DNA of 64,000 nt from Chlorokybus atmophyticus (lineage: Eukaryota; Plantae; Mesostigma and Chlorokybus algae), in assembly GCA_009103225.1 (NCBI GenBank), contig RHPI01002368.1, positions 525,397 through 589,396 on the forward strand, read 5' to 3'. Positions 1 to 12,779 of this stretch are shown here, piece after piece. Both the position numbers and the translations under genes were made by a program. Under the pieces are notes generated by a model. That model searched no databases, had not been told where the DNA came from, and worked only from the letters and a program-made list of their open reading frames with translations. The first letter of the stretch is position 1, and each line of letters starts with the position of its first letter.

Positions 1-1941
1 AGCCACCGGCTCGAGAGGTAGGTATCCTTGAACCTCTCCATCCGCCTCATCCCAATGGGGACGCAACCATGCCTTCTCTGTCTAGTAGTCCAGCCCCATG
101 CCAACAGAAAAGTTGAAGTCCTGTCTCAGGGTCGAAAAATCCCGCGTCGGTGACCACACACTACTATATAAACTCGGTGCTGTGGGAAGGGTCCAACCCT
201 GTCAAACATATGCAAAGGGCCTGCTAAGTGATGCCAATCACCTTGTCACGGCTGCCGGTTGCTGTGTCGAGCACGTATGGGCAGGGCATCAGCTCAGCAC
301 TGACGATGTCGAGGTCGCGTGCGAGGTAACGTCCAATGATGACAGGCTGGGCTCTAGAGTCCAGCATCACGCGCTTGGGTGCTCAACCATTGATGGTAAC
401 ATGCTTGCCTTTGTTGGCGATCATGGCTGCATTGGCGTTGATGCGCAGAAGCTTGAACCATCGGTAGCGTGTGCGTGGGGTGACCGCTGCTGCAGTCTCC
501 TCCGTTAGTGTCAAGCGCAGTGCGGCAAGCGCCCTTCGACCGACTGGGTCTTGAGAATCTCCTTGTTCGTAGCCCGAACCGTCCGTCTTGGCTGTTGGTA
601 TACTCGATGCGGCCTGGATGCTGGCGGTGCTGCCTGTGGCTGCCCTGGTTGTGGCGCAGGGGGATTGCGCCTCTGTGTGGCCGGGGTCATACCTAACGGC
701 GTAGCCAATGGCTGTGGGGGAAACCCAAAAAGACCGGTTGTTTGTGGGCCCGCCTCCCGTGCAGTCTGTTCTTCCACATAAGTCCAGCATACAGCATGAG
801 CCGCCTCTCTGACCAATGTACCTTCCCATGTGCTGTTGATTCGTTGACCACGTCACTCCAGTGATGGTTTCGAGGCATGGGCTGGAGATACACTGCGCAG
901 GAGCCGCGCTTTTATGTCGTGGGTGATGGTGGGAACCCTTAGGATCCCAGCTATGTAGGCATCCCATCTGCCATTGACCACCCCTACTACTAGCACCGCT
1001 GTTGCTGGTGCACGCACAGTGAGGTAGGTCTTTGGCTGTTGGACATGCTGCTCATAAGCAGCCGATGCGTCTGCGTTGTCGCGCTGCTTCTACTCCTGGC
1101 AACCTTAGTATGGCCTCTTAACCTCTTTTGAAAGTGTCAGCGGCTGCCGAGGCAACCTCGTCATAGGCTTGCCAAAGCGAGCGAAAGAAGGCGTCCAACC
1201 ATAACAATCTGGTGCCAAATGCGAATTGAGGGACTGCGGGTGATTAGTATCTAGCCAAGTCACTGCTGTTGCTCGCGCTGCATTGCCACCTCTCGCATCC
1301 CCATCATCCGTCTTAGGCCGATGCCTTCTTGTCGATGTACCATGGTTGCTTGGCGCAACCGGGCAATGCAAATTTGCTATTCTCCAATTGAGCCTGCTCC
1401 ATCCCGTTCTGTACACCTCGTGGTGTAAGGTAGCCTCTCCCTGGGTCTCGTTGATTGTTAGGAAATCTTCCACCAAGGGTAGCAGCGGGGCGATCACCCC
1501 CCAGGTTTGTTGGGCCAGCGCCCTCACCTGGTCAATGTCGGGCGCAACGGCGAGAGGTGTCGTGGACGATTGGCCAGCGATTGTTGGTTGAGGAACGGAA
1601 GCGCGAGCAGTAGCAAGGGCTTGCGTTCTTGCGTATACGGCCGCAGCTTGGTCCTGCTGCCAGTTGAACGCTTGCTCCAGAGCGGTGTAGCGCTCGTGAA
1701 GCCCAACAGTACCGAGGGGTCTCAATGCTTCGTCGTTACCCAAAAGCATGTCGGCTGCATCACTAATGTGCTGCTGCACGTTGGGTTCCCGGTCTTGATA
1801 CGTGTCCAGCGGACTTAGCTCGAGACGGACTTGTGCGGGCTGGCGTGGCGCGGTGTGCATGTTGTTATGCAGAGTCCATAACAGCTGTAGGGCTAACTCA
1901 CGCACAACATGTGTCCTGACCACAAAGACGCGTTCTCGCAT
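1..1941 (-). mobile_element. Decayed LTR-retrotransposon gag plus aspartic protease remnant
   Basis: 278-aa gag-like ORF at 1105-1941. Downstream on the minus strand is KRVMLDSRAQPVIIGRYLARDL (about 320-380), a degenerate retropepsin LDSGA motif. Stops and frameshifts lie between them. Confidence 0.6.
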
Positions 1942-2359
1942 GGGAGGCGCCGTGCCGGTGAGGATTTCATCCTCCAGTTGCCGCTGAGTCTGCTCTGGCA
2001 GGGTGTGCTATCCAGGCAGTGGGAAGACGCGATCAAGGGTGTTGCACGATCAGAGGGGACAGATTGTGGATGGGTGTGTTGGCTCCAGCATGTAGGACAT
2101 GAGCAAAATTGCAAACAAGTGCTACTTACTTGTTGGCTGACAACTTTGGATTTTTTATGGGGGCTGTTGTCAACACTTTGCCAACACAAGACCTATACGA
2201 TTTCAAATCAGCTCTTGATATGCATATGGCGCAACAACATGCAACGCCTCAATTGTTAAACTGTTTCCAACAAGCACGAGTTGGTGTATCTCAACATTGC
2301 AATCTATTGTATTGTAGAAACGACTGCTATGTTGGCGTGTGTCACCTATTACGATGTTC

Positions 2360-5300
2360 AAGGCTTCCATAACACATTTGAACACATTTCGTAATACTCT
2401 TCTCGAATGACAAACACGGACTCCTTGATCTTCTTCCATGTGGTTCGTGATGACTCGCTTCGCTCCACTCGTTGTTCACGGCTCTCTCTTTCCATTGGAA
2501 ATCGTGCAACACACCTTAGCAAGTCTACTGATATTCTGGCAGCTTCACACGACCGCGGTGGCAAAAAGTAGAGATATCTTCTGGGACACTCTTGTGCTGT
2601 AACAATTGAGTCATCAACTCTGAAGTAGTAGGCGCCAGTTATATATGTTGTGTCTGCAGGTATGATGATGCCGTAAGCGTCTGGCGCCGATCACCGATCC
2701 CACGTTCCGTGTGACTTGTTTTGTACACCGAAGAACCCAGTATGGCGCAAAGTCTTCATATTCGGCCGAGGTCTTGTCCGCGGCGACAACAAAGGTTTCG
2801 CCAACGCAAATTGACAAAGCCAGCGCATCTTGATTTGATAGGAGAGAAGCTGCACAAGCACGCACTATTAGCCGACGCACCAAAGCTCAAGGTGTACGCT
2901 ATACTTACATCTTGTTCGACGTGTTCAGTGACCCCCTCAAATGCAATCAGCTGTTGCCATCTCCAACTGGGCACATGCAATGGATGAAGGCAGTGCGTGT
3001 AATCTTCATCAGGACAGTTGGAGCAAAAACATGATAACTTTTGAGACGTGATGCGATCGACTTCTCCTGTGCTTTTTACGCATTGAAACTATTGCGTGCC
3101 CGGCACTAAGCGATATGAGCGACCAACTTTACAATGCTCTACCTCTTCAAGCTTCACGAGGTGCACAAAATCCTTTTGAATTTAGCATGCTTTTTCGTAT
3201 GCATCTCGCGAGTAGCATGCTTTTCCATATGCATCTCGCGAAGAGCATGCTAAATTAAAAAGCATGCTCTTCGCGAGATGCATACGAAGACTTGGTACCA
3301 CTATTGTACATTACTCCCGCGAAGTGCCTACTGGTTGTTGCATCAAAGATCTCAACACCTTGTTTGCTGGCTCGATCTAGATGCCGCTTTAGTGTTCCTC
3401 CCTGCCCATCATGTTCACCCTTGCCGTGTTGAGGACATGGGTAATGGCACTCCATCTTGAAGGTGTGCAAATTGTCTTCACCCATGTCGTAAACATGCAC
3501 ACGTGCTGCTGGTGTGCTGTACTGCGCCACTTGAGCAAAGTGAATGGCGCATTTGTACTGCTCAGCACAATTATCGCTCCAACTGACCACCTTCTGCACA
3601 TTGATGTCGCATGGCTTATAATCACTGAGTACTCGCTTCATGCAATGTTGTACAAAGAAGCTATGCTTTTCAAGGTCATCGGAGATAAAAAAGTGCACCT
3701 GCGAGGGATTGAAAGTTAAGGACACGTTAACTAGTTGGCAAAATCTTGACAACAGAGGCGCTAAATTACCTCTTTGATACGTACGGGTTCAACTTCGCTC
3801 GACGTCACTCTGTCAATGTGTTGCTGAGCGTGACGCCAAATCATTTGCACTACGATCACCACCGATCCGCTGACAAAGTGCTGTTGCATCAACTCGTATT
3901 TAGGCTTAAATGCGTAGTTCTATGAAAAATCGCTAATACTAATGACCGTATCTTTTCGGAAATTTCGCAAACACTGCCTCTGCTGCTCTGCTTGCCACTG
4001 CGGCAAGAACGAGTGTAGCTTGAAGTCCTTAAGCTGTCATTGAAGTTTGGTGAATTGGACAAAGGTCATGGTCTGCTTGACAAAGTCCACCCTTGCATAC
4101 TTACGAACTTCGCCGTTCTCTCCCTTGCCTGGTTGCATGCTTTGAACATACAGCCCAGGCAGCATTTGATGTTTGTCTGCAATTTCTTTCGAACAGGTGA
4201 AACATTTGATCCAACCGCAATGAGGACAGTCTACTGTTATGCGAAGATGGTTGTTATACAGACTATCGCTTTATATATACATATATATATATTTGTCGCA
4301 AGATGTGAAATCTAGCAGCCTTGTAATCAAAGTGTCTGATGCAGGTGAGTTCAGTTGCTGACACCTGGTGTACACAGCTTGCATCTACATTTGTGTCAGC
4401 ATGTGCAGTCCTTCTTGATCTAAACAAAGAATAAGATAATACGTTCAATTAATGGACTAGGTCACATGGAGGCTTGCGGCGTACCTAACATACACTGCAT
4501 TTGCATCTGCAGTTGGCGTGCTTCTTGTTTCGACATTGAGACAGCGCCATGACAAGCTCTTTCATCTCTGTATGTTGCGAGCATACGCATACATGCCAAA
4601 CATCTCGTCCAACCACATAATAGGGCTTAATGTTTCAAATATACGCTGATGCACGACTATATCAGGATTCTCTGAGCAAAACTTTAGGTACAAAGCTGTT
4701 TATGTAGTGCCTGCCAAAAAGCGTTGGGTGACAACCTCTCCAGGATGCCGTTGTCCATTTGCGTCGCGGAGCAGTCTTTTGTCACGTTTGCATGCGGACT
4801 CTCTGGTGTTGCAAATCTACAAATCTATATGTTGCCTTATAGCTAGCGTCACGTGTCTCTGCGCGTGTCGCTTTCGGGTACTCCAATCATCTACGTAGGT
4901 AACTAGTTGATAAAACCGCCTATGATGAATGTTGGGTACGGATGCTATATCTGTTACGCGTCTTTTGTCTTTATTAGCTAGCGGCATTCTGGCTGCTTTC
5001 ATTAGAACGTTTCCAGCTGTCTTATGGGCGTTATAGTGAGCATTCTTGACGCTGCTGTAGGCTGACTTGAACATGGCAGCGATGGTCTTGTATGCAGACG
5101 CTTTGCTGACGATCCCCAAATCTTCATCTCGAGTGACTGCAACTGCATTATTGGGATCCTTGATAAATTGTCTCAAGCACATCAGCTTTGTATGTGTCAT
5201 CTTTATGAGAGTGTTTTGGGAGAATTGCCTGAATTGCAGCAACGGTATGCTTGACTCTGTTTCCTTTTGCTCTCTGACGTACGGCTTGAGACTGCGATTC
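2360..5300 (-). pseudogene. Sola2-like DDE transposase pseudogene with spliceosomal introns
   Basis: Ordered minus-strand motifs: KPYYV..CVCSQH (about 4575-4628), HSFLPQWQ..ISDF..NY (about 3925-4010), ISDD..H..FV, WSDNCAEQYK, HGKGEHDGQGGTLKR (ORF 3255-3752), VPGTQ..LSCFCSNC (about 3000-3110). A GT-AG intron at 3699-3769 joins IKE|VHFFISDD in frame. Multiple stops. Confidence 0.75.
3184..3284. repeat. 30-bp tandem duplication plus 24-bp perfect inverted repeat inside the transposase
   Basis: tatgcatctcgcgaagagcatgct (3228-3251), a 9-nt loop, then agcatgctcttcgcgagatgcata (3261-3284). The related unit agcatgc..tatgcatctcgcga also occurs at 3184-3211. Confidence 0.9.
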
Positions 5301-6460
5301 CTTATTCACTGACATGCGCATGGTTGTACGTGTTTATAAACTCTGTGATACATATTGACAAGTACACCACAATCAGAAGTACATCACAATGCCACAGCTA
5401 GACCTCAACCGTTGGCAAAACTTTGACAACACAACCTGAGTGTACAGGCACTATGCCGCAGCTAAACAAGTATAGTCTAGCTGCGGTATAGTGCCTGTAC
5501 ACTTGGGTTGTGTTGTCACACTTGTTGGTAGAATTTTGACAACACAACCCGCTTGTATACACTGCAACTCGTTTGCGTAACAGAATACTACTATTGTTGT
5601 CACATTTACCAACAATTTTTACCCTGCCACACCTCTGTCTGAGGCTATGCGAATGCAAGACACAAGTTTGTGCACACAAGATATCAACTGGAAAGTAAAG
5701 TAAACAAGCAGTCAGCACGCCTGTCACACACAATGTCAACATTGGACACAATGTTTCAAACACGGTGGCCTACACAACATGCTTTTGACTTTGGCTATGC
5801 ACCATGCGAAGCCGCCGTGAGGCGCCCTCTGGATACCACCACGTCGCTTGTCCACAGCTCACACCGGCACTGCTTGAGCAGCTGTATCCAACAAATGAGA
5901 CTGCTGCACGCAATCACATTGAGCCATAGCATGTACAAACGACAACGAGCATGGTTGGTGTGTCATGTGATTGCTGTGCTTCACACCGCAATCGTGCGTG
6001 ACAAGACAGACTAGAATGCCACAATGCTAACCATTGTCACCGCGCGCACCCCCCCCCCCCCCCCACACACACAATCTCAACTACTCTGCGTACACACAGG
6101 CGCGCGCGCGCGCGCGCACGCACATGTGCACGCACGCGGGAAGCATGCACAGCATATTTATGAACAGTCGTGCACACACATGCGTGCACTCGTAAGCTAC
6201 TGGCAGTTGTGACAAGCACAAAGGTGCACAATAATTGCAAGCTTGCACGCGTGCACAAGCACTGCAAGATGCAGAGATTTGCACACACTCAGACCTTGAG
6301 TGCCAGTTGGGTTCATCATGCAAGCTTATCACGGCTGCTTATCAGCTGTGCGCCCGCACCAAGACGACACTGCTGCCTTGCCCCACCACCGAATGCGACG
6401 CCCTCCATCAACTTCGCAGTGCAAGCTAGCATGCAGCCGCAAAGCTGCCTGCTGCAGGCA

Positions 6461-6695
6461 GCTGCGAAGCTAGTTGTGAGAGCGGCGCAGCACCAGCCAT
6501 GGCAGCAGCGCATGCTGACCTGCGCTGCCGCCGCTCCTGACCACGCCGCCCCTTCCACCATCGACCCCGCAATGCAAGCTAGTCGAACAAGTAAAGCTAT
6601 GCTGCCAATTGCGAAGCTAGTTGTGGGAGCGGCGTAGCACCAGCTGAGGCAGCAGCGCATGCTGACCTGCCTCGCCGCCGCTCCTGACCACGCCA
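6461..6695. repeat. About 85-bp GC-rich direct repeat, period 147 bp
   Basis: gcgaagctagttgtg.gagcggcg.agcaccagc...gcagcagcgcatgctgacctgc..gccgccgctcctgaccacgcc occurs at about 6464 and 6611. Confidence 0.8.
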
Positions 6696-9600
6696 ATCTT
6701 GACCACGCCGCTGCCTACGCCGCATGAGCACACCGACCCCGCCACCGTCACCCCTGCTGTGCAAGCAACATGCGAAGCACTGCTGCCTGCCAAGGATTAG
6801 CTTGCAAGCTGCAAAGTGAGTCTTCTACTTTGCAGCTTGCAAGCACTAGCTTGCAGACTTGCAAACTAGTGCCTGCAAGTCTCTTACTTTGCAGCACGCA
6901 AGCAAGCTTCAAAGTAAGTCTCTTACTTTGCATATTGCCGTCTCACTGCTGGTATTACTGAATGGTCTTTATGTTAAAATACAATGATAGTACAGGCTAT
7001 GAACAATCGCGCAAAATAATCATCATTGTTATTTGCATTGTTGCATTGTTGCAATATGTGTCGTGTGCGTATGCGTGATAATGCAAAGTTGTATGATTGC
7101 ATGCGAAGTGACTTGATTATGTAAAGCTTGATGTCATAAAATCAATTGGTCATTTGTGAATTGTTCGCATGCGTAATACAAGAATGACAATTGTGAGTTT
7201 ATACATGATATTGTGTTACGCATATGCAATGTCAATATGTGCGTATTAGTTGTGGTTGCGAGATGTAATGTTGTGACGGTGTGCCATTGTGTATTGGTGT
7301 ACATTGCGTGATCCTGTTGACACGCATGCGCGTGCATATGTAAGCAACACGCATAAGTTGTATTTTGGCACATCATGTAGCCTATGTGCAAGCCTGCTTC
7401 GTGAAGGTCACAAAAAAGTGGGTTAAATTCACGACGTGCGTAAGTTTGACACCTGAATGTGCACACACGAGCAAGCAATCGCGTACACTAGTTATGTAAG
7501 TAATTTAAGTAGGTAAGTAATTACCATTACTAATAATGGTATTGTCAATTGGAGAACCCGTGAGTGTGCCATGGGTCCAGATCCCCATATTAGTATATGG
7601 TATTCATAACAAGTTGTTACGCAAATGCATAAGTATGCGCATGCATACACGTATGCATCTGGATAAGCGTGCACGTAAACGTGCCAACACGTCCATGCGT
7701 AAGCATATGCGCATGCATGGATACACATCCATGCTTAGATACCACATGCACATCTATGCATGCTTGTTACATAATGTGTGAGAAAAACAATGTGAAATTG
7801 GTTTGCATGTCCACATGCATGCGCCAATTAGACAAGCGAATTGGGTTAGCGTTTGACCCGCTGACATCTAAGGCTTGACCCACTGACCAAGTTAGTGGGT
7901 TTGTGTTGGCGACTGCATTGGCAGGCAGAGGGGTATGGTTGGCGGGTAGGAGGGCGTGGGCGTTGGGAGGAGGGGCGGCAGAAGGGGCGTTGAGAGGCAG
8001 AGGGGCGTGGTTGGCAGGCGGCGAGGCTAGGAGGCGGGCACAGGGCAGAGGTAGGGGTGTGTGAGGCGGTTGTAGGCGAGGATTGGGCCGCAAGCGTACT
8101 AAGGACAGCCAAGCGCAGGACAGCTCGCCTCAGGACAGCTAGGCCATCGAGCAGCCCTCTGGAAAAAGGTTTGTGTACTGGTGCTGCCTCCAGCATCAGC
8201 AGCATGTGCAATGGTGCCTTGCTTCTGCTGGCACAGGTCAACAATTAGGTTTCGTGCCACTGCAAATGGTAGATTTGCGTGCAGGCAGCACCAGCACATG
8301 AAACACCTGCAGTTGCTGATGCTGCATGCAGCAGCAAATGCAATCTTGTTTGCTGCGTGCAATTGGCAACAACCGCAATTGGGTTTTCTGTTGCTGCAGC
8401 AGGCATCAAGTGCAATTGCATTTGCTGCTGGTGCTGCTGGTGCTGCATGCTGCTAGCGCAATTGCACTTGCTGCTGGTATTGCTTGCTTGTCACAGCTAT
8501 TGCCATGATATATGCAGAGACATGGTCAACTTATTGTGCGGTCTATCATTGTGCAAGAACAACAGGTCAAGCCAAGAGAACAAGCGCAAATGCAAAGTTG
8601 CTAGCGGCAACACCAAGGACATACAGAAGAAGAGAAATTTCGGTGCGTAGTTGCATTGCCAACTGGCTGCTTGTATGCTATGCTGCTAGTCTACCCTAGT
8701 TAATTTCCTTTACCTGCTGGTACAGTGTTGCTAACCAATTGTTGCACTTGTGCTTTGTGCAAGTTTATGTTGGCAGAATCTACCAACACACCCTCGCACA
8801 AGTGCTTGTCAAACACCAACTTGCTAGGTGCGCGCCTGTCTGTTGGTGATGTTTGCCAACAGGTTGAAGCTCTGCTGTTCATCTTCTCAGTGTTGACTGC
8901 TTGTGTTGGCAAGCTTTTGCCAACAGCTTGCAATGTATGACTTGTCTCACAGCAGTACTTGCAGGTATGTAGCTCGTACACTTCAACCAGATTCAATCCC
9001 GGAAGACAATGAACATGAACAGGCAAGCAGCAGATGCTTTTGAGGCACATCAAGAGACGGATGAGTCTGACAATGACCACAATGAAGACGATGATGACCA
9101 TAACCCACATATTGACAACCAAGGCGAGAACAAGTCTGGCGCAGAAAACCACGACTGTAAGCTTTCTCTGCTTGCTATTGTCATGCTTGCTCCACTCAAC
9201 TACATAAGCTTACAGCTGTGCTTGTTCCAGGGTTGACCATTGAAATAAAAATAGGGAAGGGATGGAAGAAAGCTGCTGGATGTGAAGATTTGCGCAACCT
9301 CTTAAAAGACTTTGTTGTAAAACCACAGCATGTAGCAAAATGGGAAGTCAAGATATCCAAGAAAGACAAAGATGACCTTCTGCGCTATATGCTGACAACT
9401 ACACAAGACAGTGCCAAACAAGCAAGTCAGATGGAGGTGGCTGCAACAGCAGTGCCACCTGAGTGGTTTATTTGTCTAGAAGTGAACGTGGTAATGCTCA
9501 ATAAGCAGTATTATGATGTAACAGCACTAACACTGCCTGTGTCGTAAGAAGACGTCAAGTATGACCATACCATTTGATTTATACTTGGGCCTTATCAAAG

Positions 9601-10138
9601 ACCTTAGAGTTTTAGTCATTCCTACAAGTAGCGTGGGCCCTGCCGACTAGCATCTACTCACCAAAAATGCATACCTGTTTGATCTGCCTGTTAACAGAGC
9701 GCATTGGACGCTTGCTTGAAGTAAAAGGCAGCAAATGGTCTGCTTGGACAAACCAGATGACCTTGTTGACATGCTGGTCAAAGATATCAGGAAGCCAAGC
9801 TATCCAGCAGCGCTTGTCAACTTTTACTATTTTTTGTAAGGTATGACTGTTACAGCATGTCCTTCTGTATGCATGCAAAATGCTAAACATATGTTTGTAT
9901 CAGCTCTTGGCGCCAAATGCGTTGGGAGCTATGCTGCCGCAGTATCTCCCAAAAAGTGAAGCAAGCAAGCCACAACAGCTTTGTCCATTCCAGCAAACAC
10001 AGCTGGCACCGCAGGTAAACATGCATGGTTACAGCCAATGGCAATTGCTCGACACAACACTGTTGGTAAAATCCTACTAACATTACGGGCGATGTGCTTC
10101 CACCACTCAGCCTTCCACCCGTTTTCAAGAAGGCCGAC

Positions 10139-10747
10139 ATGAAAACCTACAAGGTTTATCTGCACATGATGCGGCCTGCTTAGGGTTCACGACAAGCACG
10201 AAGAATCGGAAAGTCTAGACTAAAAGAGCTTGAGAAGTCAATGAGAGAGCACCATGGCGACCTCCAAGCGCACAAGCCTTGGCTCGTGCTTATTTGTAGA
10301 AAAGTCGATTGAAAAGAGGTGTCTGTATCACAAGAGTATTTCAATCAATGGCACATTGCTCGTGCGGACAAGATTATTCATGAGGTGCTTGGCGTAAACC
10401 ATTCGCTGTTGGCTAAGACCAAGTTAGCCAAAGAGGATTCCACTAATGAAGATTTGCAGAATGAATGGGTCGAGATGAGCGACCCAAGAGCAAGTACACA
10501 CCTGCTGTGTAATTATGCGCATCAGCAAGTGTGTTGACAAGTTTGTCAACATGAAATACGGGTGGTGTTAGGCATTTCCAATGAGCAAGCACTGCTGTGG
10601 GCCAAGCAACATAACCATCAAGACAACGAGACAAGACCATCAACCCTGTTGACGCTTCTTGCCACCTTCCGCGACAAGTACCTTCTGCGCGGCGAGCCCA
10701 AGATGCCTACGCAGGGAAAGAAGTCGAACAAGTATTTGGAGGGCTGA
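10139..10747 (+). pseudogene. ParB/Sulfiredoxin-like N-terminal domain (part of the fusion gene)
   Basis: A single frame with internal stops reads RQARRIGKSRLKELEKSMREHHG..PWLVL ... HEVLGVNHSLLA ... IRVVLGISNEQALLWAKQHNHQDNE. This aligns by eye with ParB QPR..FDEE.LEELA.SIKEHG..PIVV / IIAGERR / DLSDEEAL..A..EN. Confidence 0.7.
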
Positions 10748-11758
10748 AAAGCCTGCTTGGTTGATCTTGCCTTGCTTAAAACTACAAAGCGGCAATGTGA
10801 CAAAAAAGCTGTCCGGAAATAGCTAGAGAGTATTGCATTCACATCGGGTAAGGTTGTTTCCGTCTTAATACATTTCACATCGGGTAAGGTTGTTTCCGTC
10901 TTGACACATTTCATTTCGATCGACATATCTTATTGCTGTATCCTGCAGGCTTGCCACTAAGCTGAAGCTCAACAACAAGCAATATCAAGAGTTCTTCAAT
11001 GTGCTAAGCGAGCATGATGACATCATCGATGCTTGACCGTGCCACACGCTGGAACTGTTTCACTCCTTGTCCACAGAGCAGTTCATGTCTGTGCTCAAAG
11101 AAACTAAGAGCAACAAAGCCAATGTCAAGGTCAACCGCGCATTAAAGGATTATGTGCAAAAAGTTCAGCGCATAGGTCGCTTTGTGTCATTCTTAGCATG
11201 CAAGGCAATTGATGGCGCAGTCTTTGGCGATCCAAGGTGAGCACAGGCTTGTTACAATGCAGCTTGTCATAGTGTGCGTATGCACACAACATGTGTGCGT
11301 TTATACGTGCAATGCTTCAGGTTGGACAAACGACTGCGCATGAAGGTACCTGATCTCTACAATGCCAAAGACAAGCTGTTAAAAGCTGCTCCACGGAAAT
11401 CATGAAGATTGGTGGAAAAGGTTAGAGAATGTGATGAAAAGCCTTGAGTCTAACTTCCCTGTTAAATATCTATAGATCTCTTATGTCATTAAACGCGAGG
11501 TTCATGAACTTTGCAATATCCCTTTCCCAGAAGCGCGCAAGGCTGGCAAGCTGCCAGGCTCCATCACTATGCCCATATAAGCGCCGCTATGTTGTCACAA
11601 TTTTGCCACCACTGCATTGCTGTTAGGGTGTTAGCAGAATTTAGCCAACAGCATGTAAGCCGCATTTACTTTGTAGCAATGCATGCCGTGTTAACTAGCC
11701 GTGCGGTTGTCATAGAGTTGAACTTGCATATCCGTGCAAGAGATTTCCAACCGATGCT

Positions 11759-12779
11759 TTGAGCACACGCAAGCTGGAGTTCCACAACGTCAAGCAACGT
11801 CTGATGCCGCACTTTCAGCCTGTGCATCTGTTCATTGACAACCTGCCCGCATCTAAAGCATACCCCTCTTTTCCGCTTGTTTACTTTTACATGCCCTTTA
11901 ATGAGCCAGACAGCGAGCACCCTTTCACTATGGCACACTTCAAGGAATGGGTGGAGGTGCTGGCCCGCCACAACAGTGGCTTGAACTACTGAACGCTTTT
12001 AGCTTTTGTGAGAAAAAAAAAGCATTGCTGTATGCAAGACAGTATTGGAAAGCAACGCCTTTGTCGTGAAGTTCACCACGTATGTGCACGCCGCAACAAG
12101 TAAGTCAAAGTAAATGCAACAGATATGTACACTTTCGGTCAGTACACATAAAGCACTGTGTGTGCAGAGTTGATGACGTTCCCGGATCATCTTAATGGCC
12201 AAAGCAGAACCGAGCCTCTGCTTATAGCCCTGTACAAAAACGTGGATGACTCAATGAAAAAAGCCAACCTACATACCTGGTTTGAGTTGCGCTGTGAAGA
12301 TCTGATAGTGTGGCACGATTCCTCCCGCGGCACAAATTTTATCAGTTAGGGCCTTATGAAGAAGTCTCGCCGTCTCTTAAGACGTCCTTGACGCCGCAAA
12401 TGATATTGAAGACTCAGCTGGTGTAGATGTAGAACACAATCAGCTTGCTTACAATCAAGGTCAAGGCAGATGTGAAGCAGTACGCAAATGGCGGGCAACC
12501 AAATATCTGAGCAATGAGAGCAAGCAGCTAGTCTGCTGGCAGCAAAAGCTTTGCAGCAGTCTTGCACAAGACTTCTTGCCCATGCGAGCTTCCAACGAGA
12601 AAATCTGGATCCTCGACCTTGGCGCTGGTGCTGGAGGTCTGACTGAAGGAGCTCTCAAATCTGGCTACAACATCTTTGCTGTAGACGACAATGTTACGTA
12701 CATGACGAGGCTTGAAGACCATTATTACGCCTTCCGCAAGGAGCTCAAGGAAGCGGTAATGTACTATAGCAAAATTTGA
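11759..12779 (+). pseudogene. Beta-class amino-DNA methyltransferase domain, N6_N4_Mtase-like (part of the fusion gene)
   Basis: FPLVYFYMPFN (motif IV position, 11888-11899), RTEPLLIALYK (motif VIII-like), then an open stretch 12393-12779: ESKQLVCWQQKL..LAQDFLP..KIWILDLGAGAGGLTEGALKSGYNIFAVDDN (motifs X, I, II). Motif IV before motif I is the beta order. Confidence 0.75.

Noticed and set aside
8520-8700. THAP-like YCAVYHC...TPRTYRRRE segment and the CALC..HKC segment at 8740-8810
   Set aside because: The key Trp and distal C/H ligands are not evident; too weak in Cys-rich low-complexity DNA.
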